Shown one piece after another: positions 29,271 through 39,093 of a stretch of 64,000 nt of DNA (the first letter of the stretch is position 1; each line of letters opens with the position of its first letter). The position numbers were made by a program, and so were the translations under genes. Source of the DNA: Candidatus Omnitrophota bacterium. Its GTDB lineage: Bacteria; Omnitrophota; Gorgyraeia; Zapsychrales; JANLHA01. Below the pieces are notes generated by a model that saw only the letters and a list, made by a program, of their open reading frames with translations, made no database searches and was not told the origin of the DNA. The stretch covers positions 268,670 to 332,669 of the forward strand of contig OY759724.1 of assembly GCA_963662715.1 (NCBI GenBank). Reading direction: 5' to 3'.

Positions 29271-31207
29271 AAAAGCATCCTGTCGTCTTGCTCTTTTGGT
29301 TCTTCCTGTACCCCATACAATGCCTCAACCGGATTTTCTTCCGCTGTCTGTTCCGTCTTCTTTTCACGATACTCAGGAAATGCAATTTGTTTCATGTCTA
29401 TGCTAAGACGATCTGAATGTTCCGGAGCCGGAATCCTCGCACGGGAATTCAACTCATGATCTTGGTAGTATTTCATTTTCTTCCCATGGATCGGCGGCAT
29501 GTTCGACACAAAAATCAGTGTGTCTTCAGGCGGCAATCGCATGGTTTCATCGACCGTAACTAACGGCCTTTGGGCTTCTTGTGTCCCCTGTGAAATACCG
29601 GCATTCACTAATTGTGTACGTTTTCTCGTCAGATTCTTCGAATGTTTAATCACCGTAGACGCTCCGGCCATATGGGACAGGTTTTGAGCGGTTTCCAGTT
29701 TATTCGGCGCAAAGGCAATTCTAACCCGACAATTTCCTGTGATCGACTCGTCCCGCCCATACGTCGAAAACAATTGGCTTAAATCCTGCAAGACAATAAA
29801 CCCTTTAAGTCCATACCCAGCCATGTAGGCAAACGCATCCTGAATAAATTCCATACGGCCCAAAGCAGCAAACTCATCGAGCATCAATAAAAGTCTGTTT
29901 TTGTGTTTCCTGTTAATGCGCCCGTCTTTGAGGATCATTTTGTCTTCGACCAACCGTCTTACAATCTGATTCAAAATCAGGCGCACCACCGGCTTCACCC
30001 TCGACATATCTGAAGGTGGAATCACCATATAGAGGCTTACCGGTTTTTCATAGTCCATCAAATCTATTATTCGGAAATCCGATACAGAAGTGTTAGCCGC
30101 AATGATCGGGTCACGATACATCGCTAAAAAACTCAAAGCCGTTGAAACTATTCCCGAGCGTTCTTCTGTAGATTTGTTTAGAAGTTCCCGTGCGACACTA
30201 CTGATAACCGGATGTGTTTTCGTAGCATTGCCGCTTACCGGATTTATCCACCCTCTCTCTTGCTCAGGATCATGGATTGTTTGCAACATAGATTCAAAGG
30301 TGTCTTCAACTGTAGACTCAGGATTAGATAAAAAATTGGTAACACCTGCCAAGGTCTTATCTTTCTCAGCATAAATCACGTGAAGAATCACCCCGGTCAA
30401 CAGGTTATAGGCAGATAACCGCCAATGATCATGCTTTCCTTTACCGTCAGGATCGACAATCATATCCGCGATATTTTGGACATCCCTGACCTCATTCTCT
30501 CCGAGGCGCACCTCATACAAAGGATTCACCCGTACACTTGAACCATCGTTACTGGTAGGATCAAATTTCATAACAAAACTTTTCAATTTTTCTTTCCTCC
30601 ATCTAGCTGTCAACAGCCAATTTTCAGACCGGATATCAAGAACGATAACGCTTTCACACCACGATAATAAATTCGGAACAACCAGCCCAACACCTTTACC
30701 GGAACGTGTCGGAGCAAAACAAACGACATTCCCCTCATCGTCAAATTTCAAATATTCGGTTCTTCGGTCATGTTCAATGGCCCCTATATATAGACCTTGT
30801 TTATTCCCAACAAGCCCGGCTTGACGAATCTCTTTATAATCAGCCCAGTGTGCGCTCCCGTGTACATCCGTCTGAGTATCGAGCGTCCGTAAATAATTCA
30901 TAAATATCGCTAAAGCCATGGATACCCCAACTGTAGCAATAAAAATCTGCATTCCTTGTCCTAGTGTTTTATGGTCAACAGGATAATCCCTGCGCATCAG
31001 CTGCCACTTGAAAATATCAATCGGATTATAAAATCTTCCAATCAACGGTTTTCCTAATTCAGGCCGGTAATTTAGCTTCTTAGCAGTAAATTGGGTTGCT
31101 GTACAAAGGCCAAAGACAATACCCAAAAATATCACTACAAGACAGGCCAAGCTCAAAAAACCTGTATGTCGTTTCGGAAGTTTATATAACGGCATATTGT
31201 CTAACAC
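29267..31207 (-). CDS. traG: Type IV coupling protein (VirD4/TraG family)
   Basis: 646 aa; N-terminal TM segments, Walker A (APTRSGKGVG), TraG/TrwB-type all-alpha and NBD regions. Confidence 0.9.
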   Translation of the reverse strand: MLDNMPLYKLPKRHTGFLSLACLVVIFLGIVFGLCTATQFTAKKLNYRPELGKPLIGRFYNPIDIFKWQLMRRDYPVDHKTLGQGMQIFIATVGVSMALAIFMNYLRTLDTQTDVHGSAHWADYKEIRQAGLVGNKQGLYIGAIEHDRRTEYLKFDDEGNVVCFAPTRSGKGVGLVVPNLLSWCESVIVLDIRSENWLLTARWRKEKLKSFVMKFDPTSNDGSSVRVNPLYEVRLGENEVRDVQNIADMIVDPDGKGKHDHWRLSAYNLLTGVILHVIYAEKDKTLAGVTNFLSNPESTVEDTFESMLQTIHDPEQERGWINPVSGNATKTHPVISSVARELLNKSTEERSGIVSTALSFLAMYRDPIIAANTSVSDFRIIDLMDYEKPVSLYMVIPPSDMSRVKPVVRLILNQIVRRLVEDKMILKDGRINRKHKNRLLLMLDEFAALGRMEFIQDAFAYMAGYGLKGFIVLQDLSQLFSTYGRDESITGNCRVRIAFAPNKLETAQNLSHMAGASTVIKHSKNLTRKRTQLVNAGISQGTQEAQRPLVTVDETMRLPPEDTLIFVSNMPPIHGKKMKYYQDHELNSRARIPAPEHSDRLSIDMKQIAFPEYREKKTEQTAEENPVEALYGVQEEPKEQDDRMLL

Positions 31208-31244
31208 CTTCTTTCAAGAAATCTAGAACCCCAAAAATAAAACA

Positions 31245-31290
31245 GGCCCACCCCGAAAAAAGCCCGGCGCCGGGAATAGGCCTGCTTTAA
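31245..31290 (-). terminator. Putative intrinsic terminator between relaxase and coupling-protein genes
   Basis: Perfect 12-bp GC palindrome CCCGGCGCCGGG (31263-31274), followed on the minus strand by CTTTTTTCGG. Confidence 0.4.
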
Positions 31291-31340
31291 CAACATATGG
31301 GCGAACATCGACGCTGTCACCCTACCCGCGTGATCTGCTC

Positions 31341-32792
31341 CTACCTGATTTTTTTATTGATAGACATATTTGGGGAAAGAATCCCAATTTTCTGAAAATT
31401 GTCCAAGCGGTCTTTCATTGTCTTAATAAACTTCCCCCGGAATGTCGAAGTGTTCAAATTCACAAGATCCTCGCGATTCCGTTTTAAATAATCAATCGCA
31501 TACTGGTCAGCCTTTGTGAAGGACTTTGTCCTCTCAATAGTACTTAGCGGCCCCCAATTGGTGAACGACAAATAAGTTTTCTTGACGCCATTCTTTTTAT
31601 AAGACTTGACTTGCAGATGCACGGTATCTCCGTTTTTAATCTTTTGCCTATCCCTCTGTCTGATCATCTCATTCTTAGGATGGGTATAATGAATTTTTCC
31701 ATCCAAACCTTCAATCAACATGTAGCGTTTGTCGTTTTGTTCATTGTGCAAGCCAAAGCCTACCACACGTCCGACAACATGCTGGCCTTCTTTAAGCTGG
31801 GTATAAACCAACGGTAACGAAGGATCAGAAATATGTTTGAGATGCATGGTCTTTCGTTTGATAATATCCTGTGTCATCTGATAGGTCTTAAGACCGTCTT
31901 CCAAGTCTTCGGATACATTCCAGGTCAGGACACCGGTTTTACTGACAAATCCCATTGCCTCCAAGTATTGAAGACGTCCTAAAATCTGCAATCTCTTCTC
32001 TGTTTCAAAAAAACTTTCAGGAAGCTTTCCCTTAAACGTTAATCTACCGGCATCATCTTTCATACGCAGAATATCCCTATCAAGTTCTGTCAACCTGTTT
32101 TGAGAAATCGTCTTTTCCCGGCGTCTTAAAATATCACTGTTTAATCGGACACCTATTTGCCGAGTAGCCTCTTCCCTTGAGCGGAAACGTATTCCTTTCT
32201 TAATATAATTTTTGTTCATAATAAGTTCATTTCCCATCTCATCCTTTCCCCTTAAAACAATATGCACATGCGGGTCATCGGTGTTGTAATGATCAATCGC
32301 CATCCATTCCAATCGCGTCCCCAAATCCGATTCCATTCTCTGCATAAGATGACGGACATGCACCTTTAAATCCATACGCTCTGCCTGTTCGGGAGAAACA
32401 ATAATCTTAAACACATGCCCGTCACCTTCCTTTTGCCAGGCATCAAGTTTTTGTGATAAATCAACCTCTTCTTCCTCTGCTGAAAATCCCTTGCCACGCC
32501 TGCCCTCTATCTGCGCACCCTCACGTTCCAAATACCGACCATGCGCTTTCCACTGTCCGGAATGATGATTCACCGCGTAAGAAACCTTCACCACACTATT
32601 TTGAAAATTCCTCCCAGGATAAAAAAACCGTCCGCTCCCCTTAATTTCACTAGTACCTTCCCGTGTTTTATTAACAGCAGCTTTAATTAACCAAAGCTGT
32701 CCAAAAGATGTTGACTTCTCAAACCTTCGCCTTGAAGAACGGACGCGCAACAGCAACTCATTTATGTCATCTTTATTTTTGTGCAGAACCAT
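31341..32792 (-). CDS. Conjugative relaxase (VirD2/TraI-like HUH nickase)
   Basis: 483 aa; 3-His metal-binding motif HYNTDDPHVHIVLRG and N-terminal Tyr-containing region; sits between the VirB11 and VirD4 genes. Confidence 0.8.
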   Translation of the reverse strand: MVLHKNKDDINELLLRVRSSRRRFEKSTSFGQLWLIKAAVNKTREGTSEIKGSGRFFYPGRNFQNSVVKVSYAVNHHSGQWKAHGRYLEREGAQIEGRRGKGFSAEEEEVDLSQKLDAWQKEGDGHVFKIIVSPEQAERMDLKVHVRHLMQRMESDLGTRLEWMAIDHYNTDDPHVHIVLRGKDEMGNELIMNKNYIKKGIRFRSREEATRQIGVRLNSDILRRREKTISQNRLTELDRDILRMKDDAGRLTFKGKLPESFFETEKRLQILGRLQYLEAMGFVSKTGVLTWNVSEDLEDGLKTYQMTQDIIKRKTMHLKHISDPSLPLVYTQLKEGQHVVGRVVGFGLHNEQNDKRYMLIEGLDGKIHYTHPKNEMIRQRDRQKIKNGDTVHLQVKSYKKNGVKKTYLSFTNWGPLSTIERTKSFTKADQYAIDYLKRNREDLVNLNTSTFRGKFIKTMKDRLDNFQKIGILSPNMSINKKIR

Positions 32793-32796
32793 ATAT

Positions 32797-33072
32797 TCAC
32801 CTCATCATTTTGTTAATAGAAATCTTTTTACTTCGGGTAAAATCAACCTTCAATCCTTGTTGAGTTTGGCGGACGGCAATCACGTTCCCTACCTTGAATT
32901 TCTTTACATAATCGCCTTTGACCCTCAATATCCATTTCTTCTCACGATCCTCAAGAACAATATCGGATATCTTTTGTATTTTTTGATCAGGAGATTGCCG
33001 AATACTCTTGATTGTTCCCCTAACCTGCCTCCCAGGATGAAGCTCAATTTTTTTCATTTTTTCTTCTGCCAC
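32797..33072 (-). CDS. Hypothetical small basic protein in the transfer operon
   Basis: 91 aa, Lys/Arg-rich; starts 16 nt after the VirB11 stop, and its own stop overlaps the relaxase start. Confidence 0.4.
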   Translation of the reverse strand: MAEEKMKKIELHPGRQVRGTIKSIRQSPDQKIQKISDIVLEDREKKWILRVKGDYVKKFKVGNVIAVRQTQQGLKVDFTRSKKISINKMMR

Positions 33073-33088
33073 GACTTTATTCCTATGC

Positions 33089-34108
33089 TTAATTCGTCAA
33101 CTCAAACAAGCTCACGATACGATTAAACGACATGTCCTGTCTCATTTTTATATTTTGTACGATATATCTTTCTCTCCTTCGATCATATCCTTGTACTTTG
33201 AGAATTTCTTTAATCGTCCTTCCTGCTAAAGTCCCCGGTGCCCTTGCGATAAAGATAATTACATTGATCGTATCAGCAATAACCTCCGGTAAAGGTATGA
33301 CATTACCTTCACGGATCAACTGCTCAATTCGGCGAAGCCCGCCTATAGCATGACTGGCATGTACCGTACATGCCCCAGGATGCCCCGTATTCCAAGCCTT
33401 AATCATGGTGTTAGCCTCTTTACCTCTGACCTCACCGACTACGATACGGTCAGGATTGTTTCTTAAACAATTACGAAGAAGATCATCCATATTCCGATGA
33501 CGGCAACTACGGAACGCCAGCCTTTTTTCTATACGACACTGCAACTCAAAAGTGTCCTCAATAGTAATAATCCGCTCCTCAGGAAATTGTCGTCCCATAT
33601 CATCAAGGATAGCGTTAAGTAATGTTGTTTTTCCTGACCCGGTACTCCCGGCTACAAGAATCGTCTGCCTGTTTCCAATCACTTCCTGAATAAAGTCCTT
33701 CTCATCAGCAGAGATAATTCCTTGCCCCACATATTCCTGCAAAGTTACAACTCTTGAAGCCGGAATCCTGATGGTAAAACACGGGTGTGTCACAATGGGT
33801 GGAATCTGACCTTGGAACCTTAACAACCGCCATTCATTATCAATACAAAACGGAATCTCTCCGCTTATATCCGGATTGTCCCGGTCAACAATCGCATCGG
33901 TTATCCCGGCCACCGTACAGATAATGTTATAGGCCCGTGATGCATCAAGAGTCCCGCATTTTCTGACTCCTTCAAACGTATCTGCCCACACAATCCCATC
34001 CGGATTAAGCATCACGTCCGTTACTCTATGATCAGAAATCACAGACAATAAATCTTCACCAAGGACAGATACAAATTTCTCGTTATTAAAATGACCATTC
34101 AAAATCAA
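33089..34108 (-). CDS. virB11: T4SS ATPase VirB11/TrbB
   Basis: 339 aa; Walker A VAGSTGSGKTTLLNA and the Asp/His boxes of the VirB11/GspE-like family. Confidence 0.9.
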   Translation of the reverse strand: MILNGHFNNEKFVSVLGEDLLSVISDHRVTDVMLNPDGIVWADTFEGVRKCGTLDASRAYNIICTVAGITDAIVDRDNPDISGEIPFCIDNEWRLLRFQGQIPPIVTHPCFTIRIPASRVVTLQEYVGQGIISADEKDFIQEVIGNRQTILVAGSTGSGKTTLLNAILDDMGRQFPEERIITIEDTFELQCRIEKRLAFRSCRHRNMDDLLRNCLRNNPDRIVVGEVRGKEANTMIKAWNTGHPGACTVHASHAIGGLRRIEQLIREGNVIPLPEVIADTINVIIFIARAPGTLAGRTIKEILKVQGYDRRRERYIVQNIKMRQDMSFNRIVSLFELTN

Positions 34109-34112
34109 TCCC

Positions 34113-35375
34113 TCACGGTGTTAAAATGATGTCTTTTAAAACCAAGACGTTAAATTTATAACCAGGCCGTATTTCAATGGTCGGTTGAATATTGATATTT
34201 TTTCTCATCATCTCGGTCGTGACCTGAGTCAATTGCTGACCTATACCGGAAGCGACCTTATCTCTTGCTTCGTCACTATCTGAATCATCATTCAACAATT
34301 CATACCCGGCCCCAACCAGACTCAGTAAAAACGCATTACCGTAAATCCGCCAATAATGATGATTGACTTTATCTTCAAACCCAGCGTATCCGGCAGAATC
34401 AACTCCCTGCATCTTATCCAGGTTTAAACTCGACCCATCAGGAAATATAAGTCTCGTCCAAATCACAAGGGCACGATTTTGTCCCAGGCTTACCTGACTG
34501 TTATACTGGCCGATTAACCTTGCTCCCTGCGGAATAAGCACATGCTCCCCAGTCACAGTATCGTAAATGTTTTCCCGAACCTGTGCGATAATGTTTCCCG
34601 GAAGATCAGAATTAATTCCTGTCATAAGGGCCGCTGGAATAACCGTACCAGCCTTTATTTCAAATTCTGAAATAGGTTTCTTCTTGGTGTGCATTAAATA
34701 CTCCCCGGCATACCCGGCGGATTGGATGAAATCTTTTTTACTGCCCTGCATATTCTGATCCTGATAACCAGCCAAGCCTTCGGGATATCGTGACGGCGAT
34801 GATTCTTTTAATTGTGAAACCTTGTTATCAGAAGACATCGCCGTTGTATTATTCTCAAATTCATTCTCCCCGTTCCTGCCGACTAAGACCTCAGCCGGAG
34901 ATTTTACCGCCCTTAAATAGAACTTGCGTTCCTCAATCTGCATCTGTTGCTCCAGCCGCAATAATTCCAATTGTGTTTTCCGTTCCTCTTCTTCATAATC
35001 CTGCTCAAACGAATTCTTTGGTTGCAAAACAACCGGATTATCTTCAAAAGACACATTGTCAGATTTATCCTCATTTGTATTTTCTGTCTCTTTCGTGCTA
35101 TCATCCGGCACATGCGTTTGGCGGATATCATCATACTTTTTATCCAAAAACCATTCATCGTCCGAAACCTTTGAAATACTGCCTAACTGCGCCTGGTCAA
35201 GCCGGCTTTCCTTTTTCTGGCGTCTTTGTTCCTGTTTCCCGGCGACGTTAAAAATTAGATAAACAACTACACATATCAAACATGCTAAGGCCATGATAAG
35301 AGGGGTCTTTCTGATTTTGACAATACCGCTCGGAACAGGTTTAAGAATATTGGGGCCGTCTAATCGGTCACTCAT
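34113..35375 (-). CDS. virB10: T4SS protein VirB10/TrbI
   Basis: 420 aa; N-terminal TM, acidic/Pro-containing linker, C-terminal TrbI beta-barrel region. Confidence 0.75.
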   Translation of the reverse strand: MSDRLDGPNILKPVPSGIVKIRKTPLIMALACLICVVVYLIFNVAGKQEQRRQKKESRLDQAQLGSISKVSDDEWFLDKKYDDIRQTHVPDDSTKETENTNEDKSDNVSFEDNPVVLQPKNSFEQDYEEEERKTQLELLRLEQQMQIEERKFYLRAVKSPAEVLVGRNGENEFENNTTAMSSDNKVSQLKESSPSRYPEGLAGYQDQNMQGSKKDFIQSAGYAGEYLMHTKKKPISEFEIKAGTVIPAALMTGINSDLPGNIIAQVRENIYDTVTGEHVLIPQGARLIGQYNSQVSLGQNRALVIWTRLIFPDGSSLNLDKMQGVDSAGYAGFEDKVNHHYWRIYGNAFLLSLVGAGYELLNDDSDSDEARDKVASGIGQQLTQVTTEMMRKNINIQPTIEIRPGYKFNVLVLKDIILTP

Positions 35376-36439
35376 CGTTTACCCCCCTTTACAACAGAAA
35401 TAATTTCCTTACTCTTTTTTGTTCTTAATACCAGCACTCCCTTATCAAACAACCGGTCTATCTCAAACACTAGATTTCCGTTCTCTGCTCGCTTGGTTCG
35501 GTAGTTGACAATTTCATACTCGTTATCATTCCCCACTACGAAAAATACCGGAAGCTCATAGGAATCAACTATCTTGGGGAACTGAATAAAAACTTTTTTC
35601 CCATCGTCGTATATCCTGTCCGGCCACCAGGGCTGTCTCTTTTTTCCTTTAACCTCGTAGTAAAAATTATAGTCATCAAACATATAAATCCTCGAATAAT
35701 GATCTTTATCTGGCCGGTTAGATTGTGTTTCTGTGGACAATTCGGGTAAATCAACTTTTATGGAATGTTCCTGCGGATAAAAAAATCCGATGTATGGGGT
35801 ATACTCCCCTTCCGGTACGGATTTTAAAACAATGTAATAAAACCTCCTGTTTGTAGAAATAGCAATCGTTGTTTCCATTTTTTCGGTCACAAGCGGCTTG
35901 ACGATCACATGCTGTTTGAACGTCTCCCCATCACCGATATGCGAAACACCGATCCACCACCGCTGCGTATCTCCGGGATTAAGGTCCATCACCCGTTCTC
36001 CTGCTTCCAGTTCAATATGACATGTTCGCAATGGAACACACACCAGTTCAGGCTGTGATAAGCTGTATGGAAAAAGAATTTTATTTCCTACAATAATAGG
36101 CTCTACTTTCCCATTCTTTTGATAGTTCAAGATAGAAGCCTTAACAGCATTGTATTCACCGACAGGCCTTGCCTTGATCCCCAAAGCTTTCACGTCCACC
36201 GGATCATTTTTAAGAAACTCCTGCACCATCGAATTATTCAATGCTTCCTGATTTTTTTCTTGTTGTTTTTTCTCCGCCAACTCTTCCTTTCTTTTTTCCC
36301 TCATAGACCGGGTCAAGGACTCAACGGCAACGTCTGTTTTCTCTGTCCATAAAAGCGATCTCTCGCATGTTGCACACCCGCTAAATCCAAATATCAGCGC
36401 AATAAATATACTCACTCTTTTCATTCTCATCATCCTCAC
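35372..36439 (-). CDS. virB9: T4SS protein VirB9/TrbG (lipoprotein)
   Basis: 355 aa; signal peptide with lipobox (FGFSGC); position and size appropriate for VirB9. Confidence 0.7.
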   Translation of the reverse strand: MRMMRMKRVSIFIALIFGFSGCATCERSLLWTEKTDVAVESLTRSMREKRKEELAEKKQQEKNQEALNNSMVQEFLKNDPVDVKALGIKARPVGEYNAVKASILNYQKNGKVEPIIVGNKILFPYSLSQPELVCVPLRTCHIELEAGERVMDLNPGDTQRWWIGVSHIGDGETFKQHVIVKPLVTEKMETTIAISTNRRFYYIVLKSVPEGEYTPYIGFFYPQEHSIKVDLPELSTETQSNRPDKDHYSRIYMFDDYNFYYEVKGKKRQPWWPDRIYDDGKKVFIQFPKIVDSYELPVFFVVGNDNEYEIVNYRTKRAENGNLVFEIDRLFDKGVLVLRTKKSKEIISVVKGGKR

Positions 36440-36446
36440 CCCCGCA

Positions 36447-37124
36447 TTAAAGTGTTTTTGACCAAGAAATGCTTTTAATAAATATCCCGAAAGGATTAGC
36501 CGGATTATCCCTTAATGTCTTTGGTGAATCAGGCGGGATTTGCGTAACAATAAATAATCCCTTCCAGCGGCAACGCTCAATTTCCGTGTTATTCATATCA
36601 CGCTCAGTTTCCTCCCATTCAACAATATAGGTATTCTCGGTTTGCTTTAGAAAGGTTAAAGGCTTAACCTGGACAGACTTTTTCCTTGCCATATCAAAAG
36701 GATTATTCTCCTGGTAATATTCATTCAGGAAATTCCTGACAGGCGGGGCAGCCAAACGGTAAACATCATCAAAATTTTTACGCATCGCTTCCGGGTCTGA
36801 AATTATTGACCGGGCCATTTCGATAAAATCATATAAGTAGGCACGAATAATTTTGTCATCTGCCATTTCTGTTTTTTGTGCAGGACCAGAAGCCACAGCC
36901 CGTCCTGTTTGGTCAACTTCGACAATCCAGGGAACTATTTCTCTTCTTAACCCTGTGGCAATCAGTCCTATCGCCAAGACAAAAATTATCAGCAATTCAA
37001 AGCAAGCGGCAATTTGCCAATTGTGCTTCTCCTGAATCGGCTGATTAAATAAGGCATTCCATTCCTTTCGAATATTGTGATAAGGATTCTTTTGATCCTT
37101 AGATTGTTTATTTGGTGTTTCCAT
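36447..37124 (-). CDS. virB8: T4SS protein VirB8/TrbF
   Basis: 225 aa; single N-terminal TM and NTF2-like C-terminal domain; located between the VirB6 and VirB9 genes. Confidence 0.7.
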   Translation of the reverse strand: METPNKQSKDQKNPYHNIRKEWNALFNQPIQEKHNWQIAACFELLIIFVLAIGLIATGLRREIVPWIVEVDQTGRAVASGPAQKTEMADDKIIRAYLYDFIEMARSIISDPEAMRKNFDDVYRLAAPPVRNFLNEYYQENNPFDMARKKSVQVKPLTFLKQTENTYIVEWEETERDMNNTEIERCRWKGLFIVTQIPPDSPKTLRDNPANPFGIFIKSISWSKTL

Positions 37125-38283
37125 GATTGTCTCCTGTATTTAAACCTCGTCTGGTCCCTCTACCTAAACCAGCTCCTGCTGATAATGTCTTAATATAATT
37201 CGCAACCTTCCCGCCGCCGGTTCTTGAAATAGATGCCTGCATCCTCTCTTTAAATTGACTGCCGGCTGCTGAAGCCAGCGTCTTAATCGTTGTGCCCGTA
37301 GCTATACCTATTTTGCCTATAGGTGTTGCTCCCGGAGTCATCTGGGCCTTTGCAACTCCGACCTTTGTGGCTTCATAAACAGCCGCACCTGCACCGACCG
37401 TTTCCCGTGCTGCCCCTGTCGTGCTGTGGATTAAAGTTCGTGCTCCGTATAGACCGCCTAAAGCAGTACCGGCAGCTATCGTTCCAATACCGTGTCCAAA
37501 ATTCATATTAATTGATCCGGTTAATAATGATGCGCCCATATCCGGCACCTTCAACGCCATAAAAAGATAAGTCAAACTTGCCGCCAGAATAGAAAAGTAA
37601 GACTCAAAAAGATTGCCCTGTGCATTTTTAACAACATTGATCCAATTGGTCGTCAATGTCTCGCCTAACCCCACAATCAAGGTTAGGAATAAAAGTTTTA
37701 ATCCAATGTGAACAGCAGTCACAAAATACCGTTCTGCAAACTGTCTCGTCCATTGGCTCCCTGCAAAGCCTAAAACAACTATCCCTCCGGCTAAAATTAT
37801 TTTCCCTCCGATTAAGGTTAGGGCCATTTCAATAGAAATAAGTAAAAACGAAAGGAATACAAGAAGAGCAACAATCACATTAAAGATCGCAGCCCCGACC
37901 TTTTCCAGTAATCCGCCCGCAAAGGATGTCGTGAGCATAGTGCTCGCCAAATCGACTCCCCGTCTTGCCACATCGCCGGGATACAATTGACTTACGCCCA
38001 CCATCTGCTCCCCTGCCTCGCGCAAGCTGTTATAGATAGCTGGTATCCATGTGTCGGCATGATCAATCACCATGAGAAAGAATGACAGCACCAAAATCTT
38101 TTTGGCAAACTCAACCATAAGATTCGTCGGGTCGTCTCTGTTGAGCATCCACACGATTCCGGCCCAAATGATTTGAATGACAGCCAGCAACATAAAAAGG
38201 TCATGCGCAATATTAATTGCGATCACTTCCCAATTAAAAATATCATTGTTGTACTGGGCTAATAAATTATCGAAAATCTGCAT
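37108..38283 (-). CDS. virB6: T4SS protein VirB6/TrbL
   Basis: 391 aa polytopic membrane protein with a Gly/Thr-rich C-terminal tail typical of TrbL/VirB6. Confidence 0.75.
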   Translation of the reverse strand: MQIFDNLLAQYNNDIFNWEVIAINIAHDLFMLLAVIQIIWAGIVWMLNRDDPTNLMVEFAKKILVLSFFLMVIDHADTWIPAIYNSLREAGEQMVGVSQLYPGDVARRGVDLASTMLTTSFAGGLLEKVGAAIFNVIVALLVFLSFLLISIEMALTLIGGKIILAGGIVVLGFAGSQWTRQFAERYFVTAVHIGLKLLFLTLIVGLGETLTTNWINVVKNAQGNLFESYFSILAASLTYLFMALKVPDMGASLLTGSINMNFGHGIGTIAAGTALGGLYGARTLIHSTTGAARETVGAGAAVYEATKVGVAKAQMTPGATPIGKIGIATGTTIKTLASAAGSQFKERMQASISRTGGGKVANYIKTLSAGAGLGRGTRRGLNTGDNHGNTK

Positions 38284-38366
38284 CGGATAACCTTTTCCTT
38301 CTTAGACACTTCTTCCTTTTCTTAACAAATCCAGAATATTTATTAATAAAGGGGAGTTTATAAGAA

Positions 38367-39089
38367 TCAATACCCAGGGGTATTTCCCGCCGTAAACGGT
38401 ATTTCATGAAAAAACTCTTCAGCAGCGGCATTGTCCGCGGCTTCCTTATTAACCTGATGCGCCATATAGGCATTTTGGGCCTGTATCTGTGACATATTAA
38501 GCTGACGAAGTTTTTGTAGCTGTCCTACCATTTCATTAGCGATCATATTCGCTGCCTGTAAAGCCTGGGTCTGGCCTTCCGCACTATCTGAAAGATTTCG
38601 TATTGTTTTCATAGTGGCATCTTCTGTCTGAAACTGATTGCTTTGTAATCCCGCTGCCGCAAAAGATCCGGCAATCGAATCCAGTGTTGTCTGCGACCAG
38701 TCCTGATAAGATTGAATATAATCTACAGGCGGGTCATACCCAGGATACTTTGCTTTAAACACCTGTTCGATATTCTGCAAGGTATAAGACATGGCCTGCC
38801 CTTGCTTGACAATCTGCTGAAGTTGCTGCAAAGCCTGGATTGTTTTTCCCCACTCGCTTTGAGGAAACGTGGCAATACTTTTAAACATCTCGATTTGATT
38901 CTGGATCATCTGAATTTGATTAACTACCATCTGTGCCTGTTTGGCTACTGAAGCAATCAACTCAGCATGATTCAATAACTGTGTCATTTCCGTCGCATAG
39001 ATAGCATAGGAATTTTTAATAGGAACAATGCTAAAAATAAATATAAAAATCATATGTGTTATACGTTGATGTAATAGTTGTGTCTTCAT
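38367..39089 (-). CDS. T4SS protein TrbJ/VirB5-like
   Basis: 240 aa; signal peptide, Gln-rich coiled-coil (QQLQQIVKQGQ...), located between the VirB4 and VirB6 genes. Confidence 0.6.
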   Translation of the reverse strand: MKTQLLHQRITHMIFIFIFSIVPIKNSYAIYATEMTQLLNHAELIASVAKQAQMVVNQIQMIQNQIEMFKSIATFPQSEWGKTIQALQQLQQIVKQGQAMSYTLQNIEQVFKAKYPGYDPPVDYIQSYQDWSQTTLDSIAGSFAAAGLQSNQFQTEDATMKTIRNLSDSAEGQTQALQAANMIANEMVGQLQKLRQLNMSQIQAQNAYMAHQVNKEAADNAAAEEFFHEIPFTAGNTPGY

Positions 39090-39093
39090 CGTC

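Noticed and set aside
38267-38473. 68-aa Lys/Arg-rich ORF in the TrbJ-TrbL gap (candidate TrbK-like entry-exclusion gene)
   Set aside because: It overlaps the 3' end of the TrbJ gene by about 100 nt in another frame, even when started at its internal Met; composition looks like frame noise from an AT-rich sequence.
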